Part shown: piece by piece, positions 35,798 through 46,331 of the stretch
Numbering within the stretch: position 1 is the first letter of the stretch
Layout: the number at the start of each line of letters is the position of its first letter
Notes under the pieces: model-generated
Databases searched by the model: none
Told to the model about the DNA's origin: nothing
The model's input: the letters and a program-made list of their open reading frames with translations, nothing else
Virus record (IMG/VR): IMGVR_UViG_3300009406_000093
Coordinates: 1 to 50,092 of that record
DNA from: a virus
Lineage: Duplodnaviria > Caudoviricetes
Reading direction: 5' to 3' (one strand)
DNA: 50,092 nt
Made by a program: the position numbers and the translations under genes

Positions 35798-36388
35798 ATG
35801 TTTTTGCTTGCTTATCCGTTAACTGAATCAATCGAAATAGATAGGGAAACTTATCCGCTTAACCTGGCATTCGACAACGTGTTAAGACTGTTTGACTTGT
35901 TAGGTGACGATGAATTAGACGACGTTACGCAGGTGGATACGGCGCTTGTCATGCTGCTAGGTGTTGAGCTAGATATGAACATAGAAAAAAAGTCACGAGT
36001 GTTAAACGAGGTATTTAAACAAGCGATTGGATTAGGTGAACATGTAGAAGAAAACTTAGATATTGCTGGTAATCCAATGCCTAAAGAATCCATAAACGAA
36101 GAACGCTATTATTGTTTAAAACAAGATGCTGAATACATTTACGCGTCTTTTATGGCTGATTATAGGATGGATTTGAAAGACCAAATGGGTAAATTGCATT
36201 GGAAGAAGTTCCAGGCATTGCTAAGTGGTCTTAATTCAAATACTATATTTCAGCGAATTATTGAAATACGGAGCGCGGATCTTCCTACAGGTAAAGGTAG
36301 CGGAGAGGAACGAAAAAGGTTAATTGAGCTTAAGAAGAGGTACGCACTGAAAGGTCAAGAAATTGAAGATGACGAAAAAGAAGAATGA
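35798..36388 (+). CDS. Gp15-family tail assembly protein
   Basis: LAFDNVL, QDAEYIYASF, LHWKKFQALL. Confidence 0.88.
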   Translation: MFLLAYPLTESIEIDRETYPLNLAFDNVLRLFDLLGDDELDDVTQVDTALVMLLGVELDMNIEKKSRVLNEVFKQAIGLGEHVEENLDIAGNPMPKESINEERYYCLKQDAEYIYASFMADYRMDLKDQMGKLHWKKFQALLSGLNSNTIFQRIIEIRSADLPTGKGSGEERKRLIELKKRYALKGQEIEDDEKEE

Positions 36389-36393
36389 ATTTC

Positions 36394-36420
36394 AAGAATC
36401 CTATAAAGGGTTCTTTTTTT
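36394..36420 (+). terminator. Intrinsic terminator
   Basis: AAGAATCCT-ATAA-AGGGTTCTT followed by TTTTT. Confidence 0.7.
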
Positions 36421-36445
36421 ATTGCCTTAAGAAAGGCGGTATTTC

Positions 36446-36574
36446 ATGAAAGATAATAACGCAAAATTGGTTGTCGTAAGGTGCCAAGAATGCCAAAGGT
36501 TTTTAGGAAAACTAAAAGGTGACGCGGAAATTAAGTGTCCAAAATGTAAAAAGGTCAATTACCTTAACAGGTAA
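36446..36574 (+). CDS. Mu Com-like zinc-finger protein (42 aa, not in the ORF track)
   Basis: SD AAAGGCGGT; VRCQECQRFLGK...EIKCPKCKKVN. Confidence 0.75.
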   Translation: MKDNNAKLVVVRCQECQRFLGKLKGDAEIKCPKCKKVNYLNR

Positions 36575-36630
36575 TTAGAGAGCCATCGAGCACCTGACCA
36601 CAAAAAAGATGTATGTGGGAGGGTGTGTAA

Positions 36631-39600
36631 ATGGCTGGAGACGGAAGAATAGTAATTGACGTCATTCTAGATGATGGCAGTGTTGCGAGAGGTGTTGCAG
36701 ACCTCGGAAACCGCGTGGACGGTTTAGGAAGTAGTGGAGAAAGGGCTTCGCTTGGAATCGGTAAGATTGTGGCGGCGTTAGGGCTTGCCAAATTAGCGTC
36801 AGTAGGAATTGACATGGTTAAACAGTCGTTAGACGGTGCTATTAAGCGTTATGACACTCTTAACACGTTTCCTAGAGTACTAGAAATGATGGGGTTTGAC
36901 GCTCAACAGTCGAAAGGCGCAATAGACAAATTAGCAGAAGGTATACAGGGTTTACCTACAAGGCTTGATGAGGTGGCCAAGACAGCGCAAAACATGGCGG
37001 TCATGACAGGCGATCTTGACGGGGCAGTTGAAACAACCCTAGCACTAAATAACGCATTTCTTTCGAGCGGTTCAAGTTCCGCAGACGCATCACGCGGGCT
37101 AGACCAATACGTGCAAATGTTATCTAAAGGTGAAGTAGATTTAACCTCATGGCGAACACTACAAGAAACAATGGGGCCGGCGCTAAACAAGACAGCGGAA
37201 GCGTTTGGATTCGCTGGGGCATCGGCTCAAAATGATTTGTACGCAGCCTTGAAAGACGGAGATGTTACGTTCGATCAGTTTAATGCTAAGCTTGTCGAAT
37301 TAGATGGCGCTGTTGGTGGATTCGCTGAAATGGCGGCAGTGGGTAGTGCCGGAATAGGTACATCGTGGGCGAATATGAAAACGGCTGTAGTTAACGGCGT
37401 TACAGGTGTTATTGCCGCGGTGGACGATGCGCTTGTTAGTTTTGGTGGCATCGAAGGAATTCTTGAAACGATGAAAGAAGCTACAAAGAGTACCTTCAAA
37501 GCGATTGCGGAAGCTATTCCAGCGGTGATTGAAAAAGTGAAAGAAGTATATAACACACTAGAACCGTGGATGCCGTTGCTCAAGGCTGCAACGTTAGCGA
37601 TTGGCACGTTTGTAGTTGCAATAGCTACCATAAATTCAGTTATAGGTATATTTGCATTACTAAAAAAGGCGATTATAGCAGTTAATTCTGCATTATTTGC
37701 CAATCCAATCGTTTTAATTGTTGCTGCTATCATTACGGCGGCCGTCTTAATATACGTCTATTGGGAGCCTATTAAAGCGTTTTTCATTGAACTGTGGGCT
37801 GCAATCAAAGAGTCAGCACTAGCGATTTGGGAAGTCTTAAAAGAAGCTTGGGCATCTTCGGTAGAGTGGCTAAAAAGCACTTGGAGTTCGATTACGACCT
37901 ATTTCAGCGAACTTTGGAACAGTGTCAAAGAAGTTTTTACATCCGCATGGGAAGGAATCAAAGAGTCGTGGAACGATTCGGTTGCAGACCTTAAAGAAAC
38001 GTGGGCATCTGTAACGGAATTTTTTACAGGGATTTGGGACGTCATTGTTGCAACTGCAACGTCTATCTGGGACACGGTCGTAGCGAAATGGAATTCAGTA
38101 GTTTCCTTTGTCACAACGATATTTGCCCCTATGATTGAATTTTTTTCAAATACTTGGACGACGATTTTAGAAACGGCTACAAGTATTTGGGATAATCTAA
38201 CCAATTTCCTTTCAGTATTGTGGACAAACATCCAAATTATCGCAAGTTCGGCTTGGGAGATAATAAAAAACGTAATTCTAGGTCCGATTCTTCTTTTAAT
38301 TAACCTAGTCACCGGGGACATGGAGGAATTCAAATCCAATCTGTCTGCGATTTGGACAAACATTTCGGAAGCGGCAGGGAGAATCTGGGAAGCTTTAAAA
38401 GAAATTGTAATCACTTATATCACAATGTTAATTGATAATTCCGTAGCTATATTTACCGGTTATGTAAGTATATTGGCGGGCTATTGGACAGCAATTCAAG
38501 AAACAGCTGCTAATATTTGGAATGCGATTGTAGACTTTATAGTGTCAAAAATCGAATTTCTTAGCACAAAGATAGAATCAGTTATGCAATCGATTAAACA
38601 AGTGATTGATACAGCTTGGAATTTTATTGAAAACTTATGGTTAACGATTATAGAAAAAATCGTAACTGCAACTGGCGTCGATTTTGATAAGATGCGCGAT
38701 AGCGTAATGATGGCCATGGATGCTGTTAAGCAGACGATAGATACAATCTGGAACTTCATTCGAGTGACTTTCCAGAATGCTTTAGTTTTTTTAAAAGCGC
38801 TCGTAAAAGGTGATTTCGAGGGAATAAAAAACGCTGTTAAAAATCAAATGAATTTAATTAAAGAAACAATTTCATTCATTTGGAGCGATATTAAAGAAGT
38901 CTTTAATCGTACGCTTGAAGCTATAAAAACTTATATCTCAACAAAGTTTGAGAATATGAGAAGTACAGCAAAACAAAAAACAACTCAGACTAAGAGTGAT
39001 ATTTCTAGCGCTTGGGAATCTATAAAAACATACTTTTCAACAGTCCTAACTAATATAGTAAATACAGTTAAAACGAAGTTTACTGAATTCGTTAATGGCG
39101 TTAAGACGAAAATGACTGATGCAAAGAACAGGATTGTTGATGGATGGAATGCGGCGCAAAAGTTTCTTGCAGAAATAGATTTAGCGAAAATCGGTAAAGA
39201 CGTTATCCAAGGACTTATCAATGGCATAAAAAGCAAGGTCGAGGCTGTAGGAAATGCGGTTAGAGACGTTGCAGATGCGATTACAGGGAAAATAAAATCA
39301 ATATTAAACATACAATCGCCTTCCCGCGTGATGATGGAAATCGGTGGTTTCATTTCTGAAGGTGTGGCGATAGGCATTGATGGAAACAAAGACATGGTTG
39401 AAAAGTCCATCACTGATTTAGGGTTATTGGTGTTAGATGTTACGGATCACTTCAAAAAAGAAGAAAAGAACATTATTAGAAAGTCTAACGCAGAGATAGC
39501 ATCTATCGAGAAACGCGCAAAAGAAGATATTGCGAAAATCAATAGAAGTGCTGCATCTAAAAAGGTGAAGACTACACAAGACGATAATGTGAAGATACAA

Positions 39601-41085
39601 CGTATTCAAGAAACTGCTAATAAGAAGATAGCGACAATCGAAAGAAAAGCTATTTCCGACAGTGTTAAACTTTCAGATACCGCACAAAAAGGTATGTTGA
39701 AGGAAATTAAGTTGTTCATTGAAGATAAAAAGACTCTTGGTGAAATCACCATTGCGGATGAAGCTAAACTATGGAAAAGCTCAATCAAGATGTTCGGCGA
39801 AGGAACTAAAGAGAGAGTTGAAGCGCAGAAGAATTACAATAAGCTTCAAAGTGCTGCTGAAAAAGAAAGAATGGCGAGTATCAAGGACCACATAAAAGAG
39901 CAACGAGCGCAAGGCGAGATTAATATATCCGATGAAATCAAGTTGTGGAATATGCTATATAGGACCGCCGAAAAAGGTTCTGAACAATATAATATAGCGA
40001 TGAAAAACCATCAAGAAACCGTTAAAGAATTACGCGCACAGGCTGAAGCTATTAACAAAGAGTACAACGACAGAATGATTGCGATTGATAAGGAATATAA
40101 CGCCGAAACTCAAAAGTTGCACGACGAATGGAATAAAGCATACGAAGATAAGATGAATCAATTGCTCAATTTTGCTGGACTGTTCGATGAATTTAAGAAA
40201 AAAACAGAAATATCGGGCAACGACTTGATTGTTAACTTACAATCTCAAGTTACAGCTTTAGATGAATACAGCAAAGTTATTAGTAGCTTAGACAAGCGTA
40301 TTGATGACGACAGCCTTATTCACGAATTAAAATCAATGGGTGTTAAATCATTAGGTGAGTTGCAAGCGCTCAATAGCTTATCAGATGTAGAATTAACGAA
40401 GTACGCTAATTTGTACCGCGAAAAGTTCCGGCTAGCTAAAGAACAAACGGACATAGAAATGAAGCCTATGATGGACGATATAGACGAGAAGTTAATATTA
40501 TTGAAAAAGAACACCAGTATTAAGTTGGATGAGTTAAATGTCGAGTGGCAAGCTAAAATTAAACAGATTGTCAAAGGTACAGCGAAAGAGTTTGCTAGTA
40601 TGCGACAGGTTGGTATAGACGCAATGCAAGGGTTAAGCAATGGTATGGCTTCAATGAGTGGTGCATTGCAAGCGCAGGCACAAACGATAGCGCAATCTAT
40701 TAAAGATACTATTGCTTCCTCGTTTGACATTAACAGCCCATCGAGATGGATGCACAACATGATTGGCCGTAATATGTTGATTGGTTGGATTAACGGAATG
40801 GATAGTATGAAAACTAAAGTTGTTGCCAAATCTACAGACGCAACTGATTGGATGAAGCCTAATGTCCCTGATGGATTTACGAACAATCTTAGAGGTGTTA
40901 AAGCGCCATTAGGTAGAATATCAGCGTTTGGTACATCATCGGGCGGTAGTAGTTCGGTATCAAATAACAACAGCAAAACGTTTGCTCCTAACATTGTGAA
41001 TAATTTTACACTTGCGGAATCAACGCCATCTGAATCAACACGTAAGCAACACCAACTACTTCAACGTTTAGGAATGGAATTTTAG
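36631..41085 (+). CDS. Tape measure protein
   Basis: 1484 aa, tape-measure N-terminal domain, Trp-periodic repeats, I.SPSR motifs. Confidence 0.95.
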   Translation: MAGDGRIVIDVILDDGSVARGVADLGNRVDGLGSSGERASLGIGKIVAALGLAKLASVGIDMVKQSLDGAIKRYDTLNTFPRVLEMMGFDAQQSKGAIDKLAEGIQGLPTRLDEVAKTAQNMAVMTGDLDGAVETTLALNNAFLSSGSSSADASRGLDQYVQMLSKGEVDLTSWRTLQETMGPALNKTAEAFGFAGASAQNDLYAALKDGDVTFDQFNAKLVELDGAVGGFAEMAAVGSAGIGTSWANMKTAVVNGVTGVIAAVDDALVSFGGIEGILETMKEATKSTFKAIAEAIPAVIEKVKEVYNTLEPWMPLLKAATLAIGTFVVAIATINSVIGIFALLKKAIIAVNSALFANPIVLIVAAIITAAVLIYVYWEPIKAFFIELWAAIKESALAIWEVLKEAWASSVEWLKSTWSSITTYFSELWNSVKEVFTSAWEGIKESWNDSVADLKETWASVTEFFTGIWDVIVATATSIWDTVVAKWNSVVSFVTTIFAPMIEFFSNTWTTILETATSIWDNLTNFLSVLWTNIQIIASSAWEIIKNVILGPILLLINLVTGDMEEFKSNLSAIWTNISEAAGRIWEALKEIVITYITMLIDNSVAIFTGYVSILAGYWTAIQETAANIWNAIVDFIVSKIEFLSTKIESVMQSIKQVIDTAWNFIENLWLTIIEKIVTATGVDFDKMRDSVMMAMDAVKQTIDTIWNFIRVTFQNALVFLKALVKGDFEGIKNAVKNQMNLIKETISFIWSDIKEVFNRTLEAIKTYISTKFENMRSTAKQKTTQTKSDISSAWESIKTYFSTVLTNIVNTVKTKFTEFVNGVKTKMTDAKNRIVDGWNAAQKFLAEIDLAKIGKDVIQGLINGIKSKVEAVGNAVRDVADAITGKIKSILNIQSPSRVMMEIGGFISEGVAIGIDGNKDMVEKSITDLGLLVLDVTDHFKKEEKNIIRKSNAEIASIEKRAKEDIAKINRSAASKKVKTTQDDNVKIQRIQETANKKIATIERKAISDSVKLSDTAQKGMLKEIKLFIEDKKTLGEITIADEAKLWKSSIKMFGEGTKERVEAQKNYNKLQSAAEKERMASIKDHIKEQRAQGEINISDEIKLWNMLYRTAEKGSEQYNIAMKNHQETVKELRAQAEAINKEYNDRMIAIDKEYNAETQKLHDEWNKAYEDKMNQLLNFAGLFDEFKKKTEISGNDLIVNLQSQVTALDEYSKVISSLDKRIDDDSLIHELKSMGVKSLGELQALNSLSDVELTKYANLYREKFRLAKEQTDIEMKPMMDDIDEKLILLKKNTSIKLDELNVEWQAKIKQIVKGTAKEFASMRQVGIDAMQGLSNGMASMSGALQAQAQTIAQSIKDTIASSFDINSPSRWMHNMIGRNMLIGWINGMDSMKTKVVAKSTDATDWMKPNVPDGFTNNLRGVKAPLGRISAFGTSSGGSSSVSNNNSKTFAPNIVNNFTLAESTPSESTRKQHQLLQRLGMEF

Positions 41086-41100
41086 GAAGGGGGATACACA

Positions 41101-41967
41101 ATGATTAAATTAATTTACACAAACGCAAGAGGTCAAACAGCAGAACTGTACAGTAACCCTTTCCGACTTTCCAAAGTTGAGGGGTTAGGTGACGTTGGTG
41201 CTGATATTCAAACGCAAAGAGCGCCATATCAAGACGGGTCCACATTCATTGATTCGATTCTTGAAGAACGAAATATTTCAGTAGAGTTGACGATTAGAGG
41301 AAAAGACGAACTGGACTTTCTTGAAAAAAGAAAAGAGTTCGCTTCCGTTTTTAATCCAAAGTTAGGGTTAGGAACGCTCCAATATATCGATGCAAGCGGA
41401 ATGAGGGAAATCCAAGCCATTTCTGATGGTGTTCCGTTCTTTCCTAGCGGCAGCACTAATCGAGGGAAAACACATCAGAAAGCGCTAATTTATTTAATAG
41501 CACCTAATCCTTACTGGCAATCAATTGATATAGTTGAGCAGTTGGTTGTTTGGGAGGGCGGACTTACGTTTACGTTACGCCTGCCTACACGATTTGCCCG
41601 TCAATCCGCATCAAAGGCGAAAATATTATTAAATGAAGGAGACGCGGAAACACCACTGCGAATTGTGTTTAATGGTCCAGCAACTGCACCCATTCTAGTT
41701 GAAAACAAAACCACTGGTGAACTAATCGAAGTGAATCAGAGCCTAGCGGTAGGTGAGCGTATTGAAATCAACACAGCATTCGGAAAAAAACGAGTGGAAA
41801 AAGTGCTTGCAGATGATACGCGCTTCAACGCATTTCATTTCATCAAGCGAGGCAGCAAATTCTTTCAACTCATTCCAGGGAATAATCTATTAGATTATTC
41901 GACAGGAGAAGATTACGAACGTGCAGGTGTTTCAATTACCTGGCATAACCGCTATTTAAGCGTGTAG
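41101..41967 (+). CDS. Distal tail protein (Dit)
   Basis: Follows the TMP; APNPYW, NEGDAETP, FFQLIPGNN. Confidence 0.88.
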   Translation: MIKLIYTNARGQTAELYSNPFRLSKVEGLGDVGADIQTQRAPYQDGSTFIDSILEERNISVELTIRGKDELDFLEKRKEFASVFNPKLGLGTLQYIDASGMREIQAISDGVPFFPSGSTNRGKTHQKALIYLIAPNPYWQSIDIVEQLVVWEGGLTFTLRLPTRFARQSASKAKILLNEGDAETPLRIVFNGPATAPILVENKTTGELIEVNQSLAVGERIEINTAFGKKRVEKVLADDTRFNAFHFIKRGSKFFQLIPGNNLLDYSTGEDYERAGVSITWHNRYLSV

Positions 41968-41978
41968 GAGGTGATAAA

Positions 41979-42722
41979 GTGGCAGAAGAATATAGTTTTT
42001 TTAACGATGTGGGTGGCGATCGCGAATATGATATGGAAGCATTTGCGTTATATTTTAAGCAGTTTTTATCGAACGGTCTTTACCACACTAATAATGCGCC
42101 TGCGTTGTTAGTTACAAATGTATCTGGATTACAAACGAAAATAGATTCTGGTAGTGCATATATCGAAGGGTTTATGTATCGAAATACAGAAGTCATAGTA
42201 CTTAATCACGAACCGGCAGACGTTACAAATACTCGTCTTGATCGGATAGTGTTGCGTTTAGACCGAAACGTAAACGCTCGATATATTAAAGCGTTTATTA
42301 AAAAAGGGACGCCTTCATTGAACCCACAGCCACCTAGTTTACAGCGAGATGATATCGTACACGAAATCAGTCTTGCGCAGGTTCGAATTAATGTAGGCTC
42401 GACTACTATATCAAGCATAAAAGATGAACGATTAGACCCAATAGTTGCCGGTCTTGTATCATCATTAATCACCGTACCTACGGATGGATTTATCCAAGAG
42501 TGGAATACATTCATGGCAGAAATGGATACCACAAAAAGTGAATATGAATCATCTTTGACTAGTTGGATAAATCAATTAAATCAAGATAAAGTAGACTATG
42601 AAGCATCTTGGGAGTACTGGTTTAATGGAATTCAAAATCAGATTGGCGTTCGGACACTTATCGGAACAATTGAACCTGCAGAAGCAGTCGCGGGCGATTT
42701 ATGGCTGAAAACGTTAGGATGA
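41979..42722 (+). CDS. Baseplate structural protein
   Basis: GDREYD, RLDRIVLRLD, EISLAQV, DERLD. Confidence 0.8.
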   Translation: MAEEYSFFNDVGGDREYDMEAFALYFKQFLSNGLYHTNNAPALLVTNVSGLQTKIDSGSAYIEGFMYRNTEVIVLNHEPADVTNTRLDRIVLRLDRNVNARYIKAFIKKGTPSLNPQPPSLQRDDIVHEISLAQVRINVGSTTISSIKDERLDPIVAGLVSSLITVPTDGFIQEWNTFMAEMDTTKSEYESSLTSWINQLNQDKVDYEASWEYWFNGIQNQIGVRTLIGTIEPAEAVAGDLWLKTLG

Positions 42723-42728
42723 TAAAAA

Positions 42729-44147
42729 ATGCAATCTATCAGTATACTTACATCTGAATTCAGATGGCTTGGCGAAATCGATGATTACGAAAGTTTGCAG
42801 TTTAAAAGACGATTTAATAAGCCTGGCTCATTTGAACTGCATATTAATCTCAATAAGAATTTAACCGAAACGTTGCAGGAAGAGAACCTTGTTGTCTTGT
42901 CATCGAAAAAAGTTGGAGTTATCTTGCACAGAGAGCTAAATCGTGAAAACAGCGAGGAGCTTATTATTCGGGGTTACACTCTTTCTGGCCATGTAGGTAG
43001 ACGGATAACGATACCACCAGATGGGAATTCACAAGATAAGATTAAAGCACCAGTTGAAACCGTCATGAAGCATTATGTCCAGCGGAATGCTATTAACCCG
43101 ACTGATACAACACGAACCATTCCTCAGTTGGTTATTGCTGAAGACTTTGGTCGTGGGGAAATCATAGAATGGTATTCTCGTTATAAGAACTTGGACGAGG
43201 AACTTGAAAAAATAACTCAGCCTACTCAACTTGGTTGGGATGTCTATCTAGATGAAGAAAACGAGAAATGGGTGTTTGAAGTTTACGAGGGTCGTAACTT
43301 GACGGATTCACAGGAAATTCTTCCTCCCGTCATTTTTTCAATCGATTTCGACAACATCGAGGGGCAGAACTTTACCCAAAGCGCTATTGGTCACAAGAAC
43401 ACGGCATATGTTGGCGGACAGGGCGAGGGTGAAGCTCGTCGAATTGTTGAAGTCAGTAATACTAGTGGGCTATCTCGAATTGAGATGTTTGTGGATGCGC
43501 GGGATGTCGACGAAAAAGATTCCGGAACGGATGGAGAAGGAAATACCATTGATATACCAATACCTGAAGCGGATATTGTTGCGGCACTATCAAATAGAGC
43601 GCATCTAAAATTGGAAGAGCTGCAGAAGATAGAATCATTTGAATCTGAAATTCTAACTTATGGTCCATTCTTCTATGAAGAGGATTGGAGATTAGGCGAC
43701 ATTGTGACCGTCCAAGACCCGAAAATTGGCATAGCGCTTGATAGTCCAATAACAGAAGTGACGGAAATCTATGAGCCTAGTGGATTCCGGCTCAATGCAG
43801 TGTTCGGGAATACATTGCCTACACTAATTGACAAAATCAAGCAGGTTATCGATGCTCCTATGATTGAGAAGTCTTTCATCCCGACAAAAACATCTGATCT
43901 GGATAACGATGTAGGATATGTAACGAAAGAAGAAGTCAGTGTCATCGCGCAAGATAAATCTTTTGAGCACAGTCAGATAGTGCCATCTATGACGTGGGTT
44001 GTCATCCACAACCTGGGCAAGCGTCCCGCTGTAGCAATTACGGACAGTGCCGGAAATCTTGTAACGGGTGACGTGAAACACGAATCTGCTAATAAAGTAG
44101 TCATCAGCTTTACTGCTGCATTTGCCGGTAAAGCCTTTTTAAATTGA
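42729..44147 (+). CDS. ReqiPepy6 Gp37-like baseplate hub
   Basis: GEIDDYESL, GGQGEGEAR, EMFVDARD, DWRLGDIVT. Confidence 0.85.
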   Translation: MQSISILTSEFRWLGEIDDYESLQFKRRFNKPGSFELHINLNKNLTETLQEENLVVLSSKKVGVILHRELNRENSEELIIRGYTLSGHVGRRITIPPDGNSQDKIKAPVETVMKHYVQRNAINPTDTTRTIPQLVIAEDFGRGEIIEWYSRYKNLDEELEKITQPTQLGWDVYLDEENEKWVFEVYEGRNLTDSQEILPPVIFSIDFDNIEGQNFTQSAIGHKNTAYVGGQGEGEARRIVEVSNTSGLSRIEMFVDARDVDEKDSGTDGEGNTIDIPIPEADIVAALSNRAHLKLEELQKIESFESEILTYGPFFYEEDWRLGDIVTVQDPKIGIALDSPITEVTEIYEPSGFRLNAVFGNTLPTLIDKIKQVIDAPMIEKSFIPTKTSDLDNDVGYVTKEEVSVIAQDKSFEHSQIVPSMTWVVIHNLGKRPAVAITDSAGNLVTGDVKHESANKVVISFTAAFAGKAFLN

Positions 44148-44160
44148 GGGAGGTGAGATA

Positions 44161-46317
44161 TTGCAGTTTTTAACGAATATCGATTTAGCGAAAAACGAGC
44201 TACAGAATGCCAGGATCCAGAATCTAGCGACTGTTCCTGCTAGTCCATTATCTGGACAGATTTACTTTAATACCGTGGACAAAGTGTTGTATTCGTGGGA
44301 CGGCTCGAAGTGGATGAATATGTTTAGCATGACGATTGAGGAAATTGTCGCTTTGTTAAATGCTTCTTCCTTGAAGATTGACGATGATAATTTATCGGTA
44401 ACTGTCAATGATGCAATTAGTAAACGACATGCTCACACGAATACAGCAATACTGGATGCCATTACAGCAGCTTACACAACGGCTGAAAAGACGAAGTTGA
44501 CCGGAATTGCAACAGGTGCGAGCAAGACTGAAAATAGTGCAACGAACGGAAACATTAAGATTAATGGCGCTGAAACAATCGTCTATACACATCCAGCCGG
44601 GACCAATCCACACGGGACCACGAAAACGGATATTGGATTAGGCAGCGTCGAAAATAAAACATCCGCAACGATCCGCGAGGAATTAACCAGCACAAATGTT
44701 ACTACTGCTTTAGGGTACAGCCCTATCAAAGGTGTCGGCGTTCCGGAAGTTCGCTCAGGTCTCGAATCAGCTAGATCTGCAGCAAGTAATAGCAGTATTG
44801 TCTACCTTGCCACTGATACCAAAAAGATTTATCAAGACACCGGAACTTGGGTGCAACTTGGCGGACAAGATACAGTTGCGTGGTCCGCTATCACTGGAAA
44901 ACCCTCAACCTTTGCACCACCAGTTGCTTCACTGGCTGTTTTAGGCGGAATCAAAGTCGGCGCTAACTTAACAATTACCGCAGACGGAACGCTGAATGCC
45001 AATGATAATCCAGCTTCATTCATTCGCAAACAAGAGCGCTTTACAGTCATTGCAGGGCAAACAGTATTTAACCTTACGAAAGGGACATACAAGCCGAACA
45101 CAGGAGCTATCACTTGGTTTTTTAATGGGGACAAGCAGGATGACACAGCTTTAACTGAAACCTCAGCAACACGTGTCACGTTACCTAGTGGATTACCTGA
45201 TGGCGAAATCCTATTCGAATACTTTGAGTTGATTAACATGCATCCATTCCCCGTTCACGCAAGTGAGCATTTGACGGGCGGTGCGGATCCAATACCTTTG
45301 GTCACCTCATTATCAGATGGGCTTGCTCGAAAAGAAGATAAATCGAAACTTGATGGGATAGCTGTTGGCGCTAATAACTACGTCCATCCCACGACACATC
45401 CGGCAACAATAATTGTGGAGAGTACAACCAAACGCTTTGTAACTGACGCAGAAAAAGCAGCTTGGAGTAACAAGGCTGAAAAAATAATTGCTACTGCTAT
45501 TGCGGATGGCTTGATGAGCAAAACGGATAAGTCAAAATTGGATGGTATAGCGGCTGGTGCAAATAACTACGTTCACCCGGGGAGTCATCCAGCTTCCATG
45601 ATTACAGGTCTTGCCCCTGTGGCCACATCCGGAAGCTATAACGATTTAACGAATAAGCCTACACTTGGAACGGCTGCATCGAAAAACTTCGGAACTACGA
45701 ATGGTACTGTACCGATTATTGGAAGTGACGGGAAACTAGATTCCTCCATCATGCCAGCTATCGCAATCACGGATACCTTCGTTGTCAGTACACAGGCGGC
45801 CATGTTAGCGCTTAGTGTGCAGGTGGGTGATGTATGCGTCCGAACCGACCAGAGTAAGTCATATATCTTAAGAGTCGAACCGGCTACAGTCCTTGCTAAC
45901 TGGCAAGAGTTATTGACTCCATCGGATGTTGTCCAATCTGTTAATGGTAAAACTGGTGCGGTCACGTTAAGCAAAGGTGATATTGGATTAAGCGCTGTCG
46001 ATAACATCCAACAAGCGACCAAGGCCGAATTTAACACACATAATACGGATAATACCCGACATATCACTGCTGTTGAAAGAACGACTTGGGGCAATAAAAT
46101 TGATAAGTATTCAGCTTTAATTGGGAATGGCTCAGCAACAACATTTACGGTTACACACAATTTAGGCAGTCAAGATGTAACTGTCACGTTGCGTGAAAAT
46201 GTTGCCCCATTTAATGTGGTGTTCGCGGATATCCAAGTAACAAGTGTTAACGCAATTACTGTTTTATTCGCTTCAGCTCCTACATCGAATCAATATAGAG
46301 TTGTAGTAACTGGTTAG
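44161..46317 (+). CDS. Tail fibre protein
   Basis: Repeated DKSKLDGIA.GANNYVHP, SVNGKTGAVTL, THNLG motifs. Confidence 0.85.
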   Translation: MQFLTNIDLAKNELQNARIQNLATVPASPLSGQIYFNTVDKVLYSWDGSKWMNMFSMTIEEIVALLNASSLKIDDDNLSVTVNDAISKRHAHTNTAILDAITAAYTTAEKTKLTGIATGASKTENSATNGNIKINGAETIVYTHPAGTNPHGTTKTDIGLGSVENKTSATIREELTSTNVTTALGYSPIKGVGVPEVRSGLESARSAASNSSIVYLATDTKKIYQDTGTWVQLGGQDTVAWSAITGKPSTFAPPVASLAVLGGIKVGANLTITADGTLNANDNPASFIRKQERFTVIAGQTVFNLTKGTYKPNTGAITWFFNGDKQDDTALTETSATRVTLPSGLPDGEILFEYFELINMHPFPVHASEHLTGGADPIPLVTSLSDGLARKEDKSKLDGIAVGANNYVHPTTHPATIIVESTTKRFVTDAEKAAWSNKAEKIIATAIADGLMSKTDKSKLDGIAAGANNYVHPGSHPASMITGLAPVATSGSYNDLTNKPTLGTAASKNFGTTNGTVPIIGSDGKLDSSIMPAIAITDTFVVSTQAAMLALSVQVGDVCVRTDQSKSYILRVEPATVLANWQELLTPSDVVQSVNGKTGAVTLSKGDIGLSAVDNIQQATKAEFNTHNTDNTRHITAVERTTWGNKIDKYSALIGNGSATTFTVTHNLGSQDVTVTLRENVAPFNVVFADIQVTSVNAITVLFASAPTSNQYRVVVTG

Positions 46318-46331
46318 GAGGAGGTTAAGAT

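Noticed and set aside
36564-40994. Antisense ORFs within the tape measure and other long genes
   Set aside because: Shadow frames of real genes, lacking SDs or recognisable motifs.
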